Origin: Frankiales bacterium
Lineage (GTDB): Bacteria > Actinomycetota > Actinomycetes > JAFAQI01
Direction: 5' to 3'
Length of the DNA: 64,000 nt
Assembly (NCBI GenBank): GCA_025980325.1
Contig: JAICXQ010000005.1
Coordinates: forward strand, 8,034 to 72,033
Shown here: in pieces, positions 1 through 9,343 of the stretch
How the letters are laid out: the number at the start of each line of letters is the position of its first letter
How positions within the stretch are numbered: the first letter of the stretch is position 1
Notes under the pieces: model-generated
The model's database searches: none
Seen by the model: the letters and a program-made list of their open reading frames with translations, nothing else
Told to the model about the DNA's origin: nothing
Program-made: the position numbers and the translations under genes

Positions 1-13
1 TTGGAGGGTCTCC

Positions 14-235
14 ATGTCCATCTCTCACCTCGTTTCCCCCCTCGCTGTCGTGGCCGCGCTCTCGGTGGCGCTGGTGCCGTTGACGGTGCGGCCCGCGGCG
101 GCCTCGGCCGACGTACGCCGGCCGGTCCTGTCCGGCGAGTGCCTCGTCATCACGATCCTCGTGCCGGGCAAGACGGACACGATCACGATCTGCACGGCCG
201 CCGGCCGCCGGGGGCGTCGGATCAGCCGCTGGTGA
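14..235 (+). CDS. small secreted protein with two Cys
   Basis: GGAGG RBS 6 nt before ATG 14; hydrophobic signal peptide ending AAASA; mature part has C...TITICT. Confidence 0.6.
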   Translation: MSISHLVSPLAVVAALSVALVPLTVRPAAASADVRRPVLSGECLVITILVPGKTDTITICTAAGRRGRRISRW

Positions 236-452
236 CCGGCAGGCAGAAGCCTTCCTCGTAGCTGAAGCCACCGCGCACTCCGCGGCCGTCGGCGGAGACG
301 CTGAGCAGTGGCTGACCGGGCCCGCCGGTGCCCACCTGTACGCCGCCGTCGTCGTGCGTGACGGTGACGATCGGCGGGTTCGACGCAGTTGTCGCGGCGC
401 CGGCGGCCGGTACGACGCTGCCCGCGCCTGCGGTGAATGTGTTGACGCGCAT
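222..452 (-). CDS. small putative secreted protein
   Basis: GAGG RBS upstream of ATG 452; Ala-rich N-terminus; ends FSYEEGFCLPVTSG. Confidence 0.5.
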   Translation of the reverse strand: MRVNTFTAGAGSVVPAAGAATTASNPPIVTVTHDDGGVQVGTGGPGQPLLSVSADGRGVRGGFSYEEGFCLPVTSG

Positions 453-707
453 GGGAAACCTCACTGGACGGGACGGGGAAGGTTCCGGCAGCTCACGGCG
501 ATGCGAACCATCGAACTACCTCCGGGCGAAACAGGTATTGACGACGTTTCGGACCCTCCCACGCGCTCGCGGCCGTTGGCAACGGGGGTTTGACCGGCAG
601 GCACACGCGACGTCCACACCGCTGGGCGTTGCCGACTTGCGCCGGGTCGGTATTTGCGCGTATACCTACCGACACGTTTCTCACGTTTCGTCGGGAATGG
701 GTGCGCG

Positions 708-1343
708 ATGCTGGCGGTCGGGATCGTCGAAGGCGAGGTGCGCGAGCGCGTCCGCAGCGGCGCGCTGGATCCGGCCGTCGACGCGGTCGCGATCCGCCGC
801 ATCGTCGACGACGTCGTGGCGGACTACTCGCAGCGCCGGCTGACGACGTCGTTGCCGGATCTCGGGGACGCGGCGGCGACCGCGCGCGAGGTGTACGACG
901 CCGTCGCCGGCTTCGGCCCGTTGCAGCGCTACCTCGACGACCCGGGCGTCGAGGAGATCTGGATCAACGAACCCGGCCGGGTGTTCGTCGCGCGCCGGAC
1001 CGGGCCCGAGCTCACGACGACCGTCCTCGGCGACGGCGAGGTACGGGATCTCGTCGAGCGGATGTTGAAGACGTCGGGGCGCCGGCTCGACTTGAGCGCG
1101 CCGTTCGTCGACGCGTCGCTGCCCGACGGCTCGCGGCTGCACGTCGTCATTCCCGACGTGACGAGACGGCATTGGGCCGTGAACATCCGCAAGTTCGTGC
1201 TCTCGGCGTACTCGTTGGGCGAACTCGTCGCGCTCGGTTCGTTGCCGGAGTCGGCGGCGGCCTTTCTCGACGCGGCCGTCGTCGCCGGGCTGAACGTGCT
1301 CGTCGCCGGCGGTACGCAAGCGGGCAAGCCGGTCAATCGCTAA
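708..1343 (+). pseudogene. tadA: TadA/CpaF pilus ATPase, N-terminal fragment (interrupted by integrated element)
   Basis: GPLQRYLDDPGVEEIWINEP, VDASLPDGSRLHVV, NIRKF motifs; stops 4 codons after Walker A GGTQAGK (PVNR*). Confidence 0.93.
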
Positions 1344-1349
1344 TGCACC
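1305..1349. other. attL
   Basis: tadA sequence to GGCAAG, then element arm CCGGTCAATCGCTAATGCACC; arm 1338-1349 is a 10/12 inverted match to 11274-11285. Confidence 0.85.
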
Positions 1350-1424
1350 GTGTCGCGGGCCAGATCGGTTCCGTCCGTGAACTGCGCAGCCGCCCGCGCG
1401 TCGTAGAACAGGGGGCGGTGGCCA

Positions 1425-1444
1425 CGGCAGGCTACAGCCTGCCG
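1425..1444. promoter_or_regulatory. perfect 9-bp inverted repeat near element left end (operator or hairpin)
   Basis: CGGCAGGCT-AC-AGCCTGCCG. Confidence 0.4.
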
Positions 1445-1566
1445 CTGCTGCCGGTCGCCGACGCGGTAGAGGACTCCGCCGTCAAGCCGAGCAGAGGCGG
1501 ACGAGTCCGTCGAGCGCGCGGCGGCAGACGCGCGAAGTCTCGGCTTGACGGTGGAGGGGCCGCGGC

Positions 1567-1954
1567 GGCAGGCAGCCCCCGGTCAGCCGCGAGCGTTGCT
1601 AGGTCAACGGGGCCGCGTCTCGAGGAATCTCGACAACGCGGCGTGCGGGATGACCGAACCGTGCGGGCCACTGTCCGTCGTGCCGTCCTCGCACATAAGG
1701 GGATGCAGGTCGCGTTCGCCCATCCAGCCCTGCATGTCGCTAACCCGGTCTTGCGATCCGAGGATGACAAGTACCTGTGCGGCCGTGTAGCCGCGCGCGC
1801 AGGCAGGCCGGGGCAAGTCGGTTGCTCTCATGAACATGGGTCGCCTCCTTGTCGTACACGCGCGTTTGGCGTGGACGGGGCGCTAGCCCCCATTCGGGAG
1901 ATCCGGGCTGGTAGGCCGTGAGTGGGGACCGGGGTGGCAGGCAGCCCCCGGTCA
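1567..1954. repeat. 19-bp direct repeat flanking the xis-like gene
   Basis: GGCAGGCAGCCCCCGGTCA at 1567-1585 and 1936-1954. Confidence 0.8.
1604..1837 (-). CDS. excisionase-like small DNA-binding protein (candidate recombination directionality factor)
   Basis: AAGGAGG RBS 6 nt before ATG; YTAAQVLVILG...W...DL...VIPHAALSRFLE resembles Xis/MerR-like winged helix pattern; near attL. Confidence 0.6.
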   Translation of the reverse strand: MFMRATDLPRPACARGYTAAQVLVILGSQDRVSDMQGWMGERDLHPLMCEDGTTDSGPHGSVIPHAALSRFLETRPR

Positions 1955-2043
1955 ACCGGAAGCTCGTCGTCGTTCCTGTGTACCGGCGGGCTGGCGCGCC
2001 TCGGAGGCCTCAGTACGCGCTGAGAATCCGAAGGGCGCCAGCT

Positions 2044-2649
2044 CTAGGCGGTCTTCACGGCTGAAGGGGACGGCTGGGGTGTGGATCGGGGTCCGGCGCA
2101 TCCGTTGTCGCCTTCGACCTTGCTGATGCCGGTGTCGAGCGTGACGTACCAACGGGCCGGGTAGACCCGGTCGTGCCCGTCGCTTGTCCTGACGTGGAAG
2201 ACGATTTGGGCTTCGTGGCATCCGGGTTGATTGACGTTCACGGGGACCACGATGCTCAGTTGGTTATCGAGCTTCTGGATAGGAACGCTGTCGAGCGCGG
2301 CACGGCGGGAGCCGGCGAGAACCACGGGGTCGAGAGCGTACGTAAGTTGCGCGCCGTTGTAGTACAGGGAACCTCCATAAACCAGGAGGTACGCATTCGG
2401 AGGATCGAATGGCGCGCTGCCGAGCGCCACCCGCAACTCAATTGATCGGATGCGAACCCGCTGAGTGAATGTTGGGACTCCGACGACGAGGTACATCGGT
2501 TTGTGGAAATGCCAGAAAGACTGGCCGATGGCATTGGGCCTGTAATCATCCATCTTTGGGAGCGGGCTGGCAGCGCAACCGAACACGGCTAACTGGGCGG
2601 CCGTCGCGAGGACGACGGCCGCCCGAAGCCGCAAACTCTTTAGTCGCAT
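2044..2649 (-). CDS. putative lipoprotein
   Basis: MRLKSLRLRAAVVLATAAQLAVFG-C lipobox; start overlaps the stop of the upstream ORF by 10 nt. Confidence 0.7.
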   Translation of the reverse strand: MRLKSLRLRAAVVLATAAQLAVFGCAASPLPKMDDYRPNAIGQSFWHFHKPMYLVVGVPTFTQRVRIRSIELRVALGSAPFDPPNAYLLVYGGSLYYNGAQLTYALDPVVLAGSRRAALDSVPIQKLDNQLSIVVPVNVNQPGCHEAQIVFHVRTSDGHDRVYPARWYVTLDTGISKVEGDNGCAGPRSTPQPSPSAVKTA

Positions 2650-4139
2650 GCGCCGTGTGGCTCGAACTTCGAGCACGGCTGAGGCGCAGCGGGAACTGGT
2701 GGCGGAGTCTTGTAGATCGCGGTGTAGTAGTCGGTTCCGCAGGCCATCTGATACTGGCAGCCGGTCTCCGCCGCATCGTCCACGGCCCAGTAGAAGCACA
2801 AGGGTGCGTTCACCGGCCCACAATCATCGGCGGAGTAGATCGTCGTCTTGTTCTCGTCAGTAGCCGTGCTCTGTGACTCGACCGAGAAGTCGAGGCCGAG
2901 AGGTCCCGACCCGATTGAGGCACCGTACCCGTTCTGGTACGTCTGGCTCTGTCCGGCCGTGATCGCCCTCCACTGGTCTTGCTGCAGCGGGAAGACGAGG
3001 CTCGCGCTTTGCTCCTCCATCCCTTCCAGTGTGTCGTTATTCGTCGGGAAGTCCGGCGTCGAGGTCGTCCCACGCGGGTTCCATTCATGCGGCTGCCACA
3101 ACTCGTGTGTTTCGGTTGAATGGTCTCCGTTATTGCAATGGAACGTAATCGTCTGGTGCTGCCACGTCGCCGGGACAACGAGTGCGCGCGCGCCCTGACC
3201 CGCGACGGAGACCCCGCCGCTTTGGTTAGCGTAGGTCGCTTGATCGCCGGTCGCGAGCGTGAAATTCACACTTCCGGCAGTGGTGTACTTCGTCTGCGTT
3301 AGTCCATGGAGGTCGATTCCTAGCACGACGGATGACTGGGTCACCCGCGACCAGGTAGTTTCGAGAGACTCACCCATCGCGCGGTAGGGCGTATTGCGAA
3401 CATCGGCCTGGTACGAATTCCCGGAATAGGAACCCGCGCCGTAGACCACCCCGACATTCACGGTGCCGTCGACCGACGTCAGACCGCTCGTTGTGATCGT
3501 GAACGCCGGCGGGGTCGGGGGATGTGCCGTGTCAGGGTTATATCCGCATGGCCCCGTGGGCGCAGGATCGCCGACTGGGGGTAGCTGGCCGATGTTGGTC
3601 ACCGGCGGAACCTGAACAAAGAGATTTGGCGAAATCGCGGCGTTAGCGACCGGCTGCTGGGCGGTGATGTTGAAGAACTCGATACCGGTGAACGGAGCGC
3701 CGGTTACATCGTTACCCGTGGAGACCGCGAAGTAGTTGCCGTCGGGGTCGGGGATCGCGCTTGGCTGCGGCAGCGGCACCGTGACGGTTCCCGTTGATGA
3801 GAACGCTGGGACGGGGAGGATTGGCTGCTGCACGCCTTCGGGCTGGTCAGCGCGATAAACCTCGAACTGCGCGTACGCGAGTGGGTGGCCCGCATTGTCG
3901 AGCGCTGTAAGCACCACGCCCGCTGTGATGGGACTGCTCACGGTGGGTGCGGCTGGGCCTGCTGGGATCGTCGGTATACCGATCGGACCGGATATGGCGG
4001 CGACTGCGAACCCCGCGAGGGCGAGGTAGCTCTTTGGAGGCCTTCCTCCGAGCGCGGCGGTGATTGGGTCGACGGCAGCGAACCGTCGAGCAATTCTGAT
4101 CATCTGAGGTGGCTCCGATACAGGCTGGGCAGGAGGCAT
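2640..4139 (-). CDS. secreted beta-rich protein of unknown function (499 aa)
   Basis: long ORF with hydrophobic N-terminal segment, Thr/Ser/Gly-rich body and Cys-rich C-terminus. Confidence 0.75.
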   Translation of the reverse strand: MPPAQPVSEPPQMIRIARRFAAVDPITAALGGRPPKSYLALAGFAVAAISGPIGIPTIPAGPAAPTVSSPITAGVVLTALDNAGHPLAYAQFEVYRADQPEGVQQPILPVPAFSSTGTVTVPLPQPSAIPDPDGNYFAVSTGNDVTGAPFTGIEFFNITAQQPVANAAISPNLFVQVPPVTNIGQLPPVGDPAPTGPCGYNPDTAHPPTPPAFTITTSGLTSVDGTVNVGVVYGAGSYSGNSYQADVRNTPYRAMGESLETTWSRVTQSSVVLGIDLHGLTQTKYTTAGSVNFTLATGDQATYANQSGGVSVAGQGARALVVPATWQHQTITFHCNNGDHSTETHELWQPHEWNPRGTTSTPDFPTNNDTLEGMEEQSASLVFPLQQDQWRAITAGQSQTYQNGYGASIGSGPLGLDFSVESQSTATDENKTTIYSADDCGPVNAPLCFYWAVDDAAETGCQYQMACGTDYYTAIYKTPPPVPAAPQPCSKFEPHGACD

Positions 4140-4199
4140 GAGGCCCCCTGCAATCTTCAGTACGAACGAATAGCGCTGGCATTACCGACATTGGCTAGA

Positions 4200-4907
4200 T
4201 CAAGGCTCGGGCCGAGGCGGGTCGCGGCCGGGAGGTTCGGTGTCGCCGTGGTGACGTTCGGTGTCGCCGTTGTGCGTTGCTGCCGACGATGGGTGCACGA
4301 CGTGATGTCGGAACATGCCGCGCACCGCAGTCCCGAAGTGGTCGATGGTTCTTGCGATGTCCCGGAGGTCGGGCGGTCGCGGGTCGATGAGGTGCGCGGC
4401 GAGGTCCGCAGTGTCGGCGATGAGGCGCGCGAGCACCTGTTCTAGTGGCTGGTCGTCGCGGGGTGCGATGTGCCTGTCTGTGACCCGTGGGTCCTCTCGT
4501 CCGGCGCCTTCGGCCGGGGGCCGCCCCGGTTGACCGCGGTCGCCGTCGTCCCCGAGGGGGCTAGGGTCGCCGACTTGCGCCGTCACGCTGCCGCGCGCCG
4601 GACGAGAGGAAAACTCGGGCCATCCCAGCCCGTTCAACGCGGCTTCAGACCCAACTGCGCTGAGCGTGTCTAGCTCGACTGCTAGCGCGGTCAGTAGGAC
4701 GCCGACGCGAGTCGGGAAGTCATCGCGGACTCGACCGTCGATGACTTGGGCGCCGATCTGCGCCAGATTGGCGAGCCGTTGCCAGAACTTCGGGCTCGGC
4801 GGGGTGCGCTTGGCGTCTAGGGCGTGCCCGACAATCGTGTCGTCGTGGAGCCAGGCGGGAGGCCCTGACCATCTCGATAGGCGCAGGGGAATCACGCTGG
4901 CGGTCAT
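4200..4907 (-). CDS. hypothetical protein
   Basis: 235-aa ORF co-oriented with neighbours; no recognised motif. Confidence 0.45.
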   Translation of the reverse strand: MTASVIPLRLSRWSGPPAWLHDDTIVGHALDAKRTPPSPKFWQRLANLAQIGAQVIDGRVRDDFPTRVGVLLTALAVELDTLSAVGSEAALNGLGWPEFSSRPARGSVTAQVGDPSPLGDDGDRGQPGRPPAEGAGREDPRVTDRHIAPRDDQPLEQVLARLIADTADLAAHLIDPRPPDLRDIARTIDHFGTAVRGMFRHHVVHPSSAATHNGDTERHHGDTEPPGRDPPRPEP

Positions 4908-5003
4908 TCGCGAGCCTCCTTCCGGCTGAATCAGGCATAGGGGTACCTACGCGCGGCGCGCATGTGCGCCGCGCGTTGGTTGGGCGTTCTTAGTTAGTGG
5001 CGG

Positions 5004-5462
5004 CTACGTGCCGAAGCCCGCGCTGTTCTGTTGCGGCGTCCACTCCGTTTCTTCGCTGGCGACGGCCACGAGTTCGGGGGTGGCGCTGGTCTGAACGCCG
5101 GTCGTGTCGATGGGCGGGATGTGGCCAAAGAACAGCGTCGCCGTGAAGCAACCGTCCTCGATGCCGTTGGTCGAGACATCCGGTGAAATACACGTGTCGA
5201 AGGTCGGCCCAAAGCCCGTCTGCTGGTAGTGGATCTGTGTGCCATCCCCACGCGTCCCGTCGACCTCGAACACCCATTCACCCGTGCTATCGGCGATTCC
5301 ACCCGCGCAGACATGGAACGTTGTCGTCGTGGGATAGGTGACTCCGACGGACGCGTGCGCGGTGGGCAATGGGTCGGCAACGGCGCTCGGAATGCCGGTG
5401 GCGCAGGTTCCCGCGGCCAGCAAGGTGCTGGCCGCGATCGCGCGAACTCGACGGTCGTTCAT
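5004..5462 (-). CDS. secreted protein coupled to ECF sigma factor
   Basis: signal peptide MNDRRVRAIAASTLLAAG...AVA; ATGA overlap with sigma stop codon. Confidence 0.75.
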   Translation of the reverse strand: MNDRRVRAIAASTLLAAGTCATGIPSAVADPLPTAHASVGVTYPTTTTFHVCAGGIADSTGEWVFEVDGTRGDGTQIHYQQTGFGPTFDTCISPDVSTNGIEDGCFTATLFFGHIPPIDTTGVQTSATPELVAVASEETEWTPQQNSAGFGT

Positions 5463-6589
5463 AACGGCTCTCCCTTGGGAATCGGGCTCGGGGGTGGCCC
5501 GATTCGCCATTGTGGGTCGCCGGTACGTTTACAGCCAACCGCGGGATTATCCGGGACTTGCTCACAAACCGGCGTTAGGTTTTCGTTGACGCCGTAACCG
5601 CACTCTCCCGTTGCCTTTACGTAGATCCGGTCTCCGCCGGTTTGGTTGTCGTCAGAACAGGCCGAGCCGAAGCAGACGCCCGGAGTGCACGCACTCGGCA
5701 GCTGCGGAACGAGCGTCGGCTCGGCCGTCTTGACGTTTGCACGACCGCGACGGGCCGGCCCGACGCGGGGGGGTGCGTCGGGACGGCCCGTCGCGGTCGT
5801 GGTGGCTGGCGTCGCCGGTTGGCGGGCGACGGCGAGCAGCGTGTGCGTCGCGGTCCCGGATGCCGGCGACGCCGGGAGCGTCAGCGGAGTGGGGACCGCG
5901 GGGAAGGTGAACACCACGAGAACCGAGACGCCGGTGAGGCTCGTCACCATGGGCCGTGCATGTCGTCCGACGGAGCGCCGGACGCTGCGAGCGGCATGCG
6001 CGAATGTACTAACGGGGACGACCGTCGCGACGATCGGGCCGAACCGGTTGCGCGCGAATGCGCGCGCCCGTGTCAGTCGAACGCCGACGGTGTTCGTCGT
6101 GATCCCGAGCCTTTCGGCGATCTGTTCGCGGCTCAGCCCGAGATAGTCGTAGAGGAAGACGGCGGCGAGCTTTTCGGGCATCTTCTCCATGACGCGGACC
6201 ACGTCGGCGTCGACGGCCCATTCGTCTTCGGGATAGACCTCGTCGGTCTGTCGGTCCGACCTGATCGTGGCGAGGTCCGAGTGCGGTTCCTCGCGTGAGT
6301 GAAAGCCCCGACGCAGCAGGTCGGCAAGACGGTTTGTCCCGACCTCTTTGCACCACGCCACCACGAGCCTGGGCTCGGAGGTGTCGATCTGGGTGTGCTT
6401 GTCGTGGAGTTTCAGCCACGCGTCATGGAGAAGGTCTTCGGCGATGTGCGCGCCCATGCCGCCGAGCCGGGCTGTCGCTAGCTGTGTGAAGAACGCCAGA
6501 AGCTCGTCCCGATGCCGGCCGTAGAACTCGTCCGGGTCGAACCCGCGCGGCGGGTCGGCGTCGGTGCCAGGCAACAGTGCCCCCTTCAT
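5459..6589 (-). CDS. ECF sigma factor with C-terminal TM segment and Cys-rich extension
   Basis: region 2 (AEDLLHDAWLKL...AW), region 4 (SREQIAERLGITTNTVGVRLTRAR), hydrophobic segment, Pro/Thr linker, six Cys. Confidence 0.85.
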   Translation of the reverse strand: MKGALLPGTDADPPRGFDPDEFYGRHRDELLAFFTQLATARLGGMGAHIAEDLLHDAWLKLHDKHTQIDTSEPRLVVAWCKEVGTNRLADLLRRGFHSREEPHSDLATIRSDRQTDEVYPEDEWAVDADVVRVMEKMPEKLAAVFLYDYLGLSREQIAERLGITTNTVGVRLTRARAFARNRFGPIVATVVPVSTFAHAARSVRRSVGRHARPMVTSLTGVSVLVVFTFPAVPTPLTLPASPASGTATHTLLAVARQPATPATTTATGRPDAPPRVGPARRGRANVKTAEPTLVPQLPSACTPGVCFGSACSDDNQTGGDRIYVKATGECGYGVNENLTPVCEQVPDNPAVGCKRTGDPQWRIGPPPSPIPKGEPL

Positions 6590-6917
6590 GCTGCCGCCCG
6601 GTTCTGGGTGGTGCCGCGCGTCGCTCGTCGGGTAGTGGGTTTGCTTCTCCTACCTACATAAACGTCGCGAGACCCCCGATTCGTTACAAAACACATTGCG
6701 GCCAACGTGTATGAGGCGCACAAAGGCAGCACTCAACGCGGTCGGGCGCTCGCCGGCTGTCCTCGACGAGCGACGCTGGCGCGCCCCAACATCTAGTTCA
6801 CGGACGAACCGGCCTGTTGTTACATCCCAATTTGCCATCAGGCTCGTTCGGCCAGCCTGCCTAGTCTCTATACGGACGGATAGGCGGTTTGCTTACACGA
6901 CAGTCCAGCATTGTTTT

Positions 6918-7184
6918 TCACGTGTCGCGGACGGGCCGCCCCTCTTGGTCTATGCGTGGCATGAGGGAGCCCGGTTGAAGGCGCAGGACGTGAGCAAGGC
7001 GCGCAATCTGCACGACTCCGGGGTTGGTCAGGCCGCGTTCGATGTTGCTGACGTGGCGGGGGCTCACGTCGGCGGCGAAGGCAAGTTCTTCCTGGGACAG
7101 CCTTGCGCGCAGCCGCGCGGAGCGGAGCTTGTCACCGAGCGCGGCCTGGAACTCTAGATCGGGTTCCTTTGCGATGCGCGGCAC
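6918..7184 (-). CDS. XRE-family HTH transcriptional regulator
   Basis: LGDKLRSARLRARLSQEELAFAADVSPRHVSNIERGLTNPG; GTG start chosen. Confidence 0.88.
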   Translation of the reverse strand: MPRIAKEPDLEFQAALGDKLRSARLRARLSQEELAFAADVSPRHVSNIERGLTNPGVVQIARLAHVLRLQPGSLMPRIDQEGRPVRDT

Positions 7185-7892
7185 CCGGCCAGCGAATGAC
7201 AACCATGCAATCAAATGCCATGAAAAAGAATGTGAGTCTCGCCGTCTCGCGTGGGGATGACGGTTTCTCGCCGCGTGGCGAACACCCGCCATCGGCCGGC
7301 GCTGGCGATTGCGCTCGGCTACCGTCTGCGGCGGTTGGAGCGAGACTTTGGGGGACCCCTGGATGCGACTGCTGACGCACGCGATCTGCGCAACCTGTCT
7401 TGACGCCCGCCTACCGGGCCCGGGTCGCCCCGACGCTTGACATGTCGCGCGAGAACAGCTGCTGCCTCTGTGGCGGCCAGGCGGGGGCGATCTACGTGCG
7501 CGAGTCGTCGGCGTTACCGACGCTGCCCTGGGTCTGCGACCGCCAGCACGGTTAGAACAGCGGGCACGCTAGCGCAGGCGTTGTCGCGTCGCAGCTTTCG
7601 CCGCAGGTGGTGCGGCCCGTCGCGCAACGCCTACGCGGCGGGTCTTGCACGCTCAGGGTAAGCCGAGTTGGCCGGGGGACGGTAGCAATCCATTTCATGG
7701 GTGCAAGGGTGTGCGAGCCGTAGGCGAGGTTCGTTCGTGGCAGCGGACGCTGGCACGAACGAACAGGTCAGGGGAATGTGGGCCGTACGGCCAGGGGTGA
7801 CCAGAAGGTCTGCCGAGGGGAAGGGCCGTACGGTCCTCGGTTGGGGTCCGGCGGCGCGTAGGCGCGGACCGGCTCGGCGGGAAGGCCGGAGA

Positions 7893-7940
7893 GTGTCCCC
7901 GCCAGTGTCCCCCGCGAACGTCCCCGCGAACGTCCCCGCG
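7893..7940. repeat. 12-bp tandem array (GTCCCCGCGAAC-like, about 4 units)
   Basis: TGTCCCCGCCAG TGTCCCCCGCGAAC GTCCCCGCGAAC GTCCCCGCG. Confidence 0.8.
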
Positions 7941-8018
7941 CGTGAGGCGGGTCGTCCGTTAGGCCGGTTCTGGTCCGTTCCCGCGCGGGGGACGACGAAC
8001 CGTGCGCATGGTGAAGGC

Positions 8019-8270
8019 ATGTCCGCCTGTGACGGATGCCTCGGGCGCGGCGAGTGCTGGGTGTGCCTGGGGACCGGCGTGCTCCAAGGCGGGGACGGAT
8101 TCCGGCCCTGCCATCGCTGCTACGGGTCGGGGCGCTGCTGGCTGTGCCAGCAGATCGTGCTCGCGGACATTGAGGACCCGCCGCTGTTCAGCCTCGGCTC
8201 GTGGAGCATCGGACGCCGCAGACGGCCAGGCAGCGATAGCGGGCAAGACCCGCAGCGACGACGGGCGTAG
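8019..8270 (+). CDS. small DnaJ-type zinc-finger protein
   Basis: CDGCLGRGECWVCLGTG and CHRCYGSGRCWLC (CxxCxGxG repeats). Confidence 0.75.
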   Translation: MSACDGCLGRGECWVCLGTGVLQGGDGFRPCHRCYGSGRCWLCQQIVLADIEDPPLFSLGSWSIGRRRRPGSDSGQDPQRRRA

Positions 8271-8799
8271 CCGGACGGCTCGCCACTCGCGGCCGCGTCG
8301 GCTCCTGTCTCGGTGAGACAAGTGTGTGTGGCCCTAGTTGATCTTGGTTGGACCGCTGCCGCGCCCACGTCCCGCGTCCCGTCGTCGCCCGTACCAAGCC
8401 CTGCCCCCGCCTACGCCCCGAACAGCGTCCATCGCTCCATGTGCGGCCTAGCTGGCGCGCCGGGTGACCTGCCCCCTCGGCGCGGCCCGCGCGCCGGGGC
8501 GGCGGGCGGGGGACGCCGCGCGCCCGTAGCCAGCAGACGAGCAGCAGCCAACCGTCAGCGACCCCATGCCAGCCCGCAAGCAAGAGCGCAGACCGAGCCG
8601 ACCCGACATTCCCCTGAGCAAGATCAAAAAGACAAGATCAAACGAATAGTGGATGGCACACAGTTGCATCGCCCGGCAGGCTGGCCCGGCCACGCGCCCG
8701 GCGCGGCCCGTCTCGCGAGCGGCGATTCCGGCCTATTCCTTAGCTGTCGAGTGCTTCTCGCTGCCGCTTTTAGGAGTCAGGGGCTACTCGGTGTTTCAC

Positions 8800-8860
8800 G
8801 CGGGGGAACGGTCGGGGGAATGTCGGCGGGGACGCTGGCGGGGACGTTCGCGGGGACGGT
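8800..8860. repeat. inverted copy of the 12-bp array (GCGGGGACGTTC-like, about 5 units)
   Basis: GGCGGGGACGCTGGCGGGGACGTTCGCGGGGAC is the reverse complement type of 7893-7940. Confidence 0.75.
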
Positions 8861-9343
8861 ACGGGCCGACGCTTCGGCCCCTGAACGGCGAAGGAAGGGG
8901 AGCAGGTGGCAGTGGTCGTGACACCCATCCGCCCGGTCGGCGGACGGTGCCTGCGGCTGCTCCCCGGCGTCGACGCGGCGCAGCGGTCCCCGGCGCGTGC
9001 CGCGTCACGATGGCGCAGAGTGCGTGTGCGCGTGTCCGTGGGCCGGGTGCGCTGGTCGGTGCTCGACGTGGCGTGCGGTGGGGGACACCTTCACATCCGC
9101 TTGTTCGGCGCGCGGCGTTCGGTCCGACTGTGCCGAGGTCGGCGCGGTTCGCGGTCACCTGCTATTGACCCATCGCAGCCGCCGCCTCTGCCGTTGGCCC
9201 TAGGGCCGGAGCGTCGGCATAGCCGGATCGCGTCATCGCGGTTGGTGTTCACCCCTTTCTTCTCTATCAGTCGGGGATCGGAGACGGCCCCTCGGAGGCC
9301 CGCTGACGTGCGGGTTTACCGGCGCGCGGGGGGCCGCGTGTGA

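Noticed and set aside
1810-1826. GGGCAAGTCGGTT as a secondary att site
   Set aside because: Resembles the attL core but lacks the ATTAGCG/CGCTAAT arms, lies within the xis-like ORF, and is plausible by chance.
590-1921. Long alternative ORFs such as 590-1921, 40238-43135, 48150-50933 and 16514-18598
   Set aside because: Arg/Ala/Gly-rich shadow frames typical of high-GC DNA, overlapping well-supported genes.
8313-9340. Replication or relaxase genes in the element's cis-region
   Set aside because: ORFs there are low-complexity, with no HUH, Rep or primase motifs recognisable.
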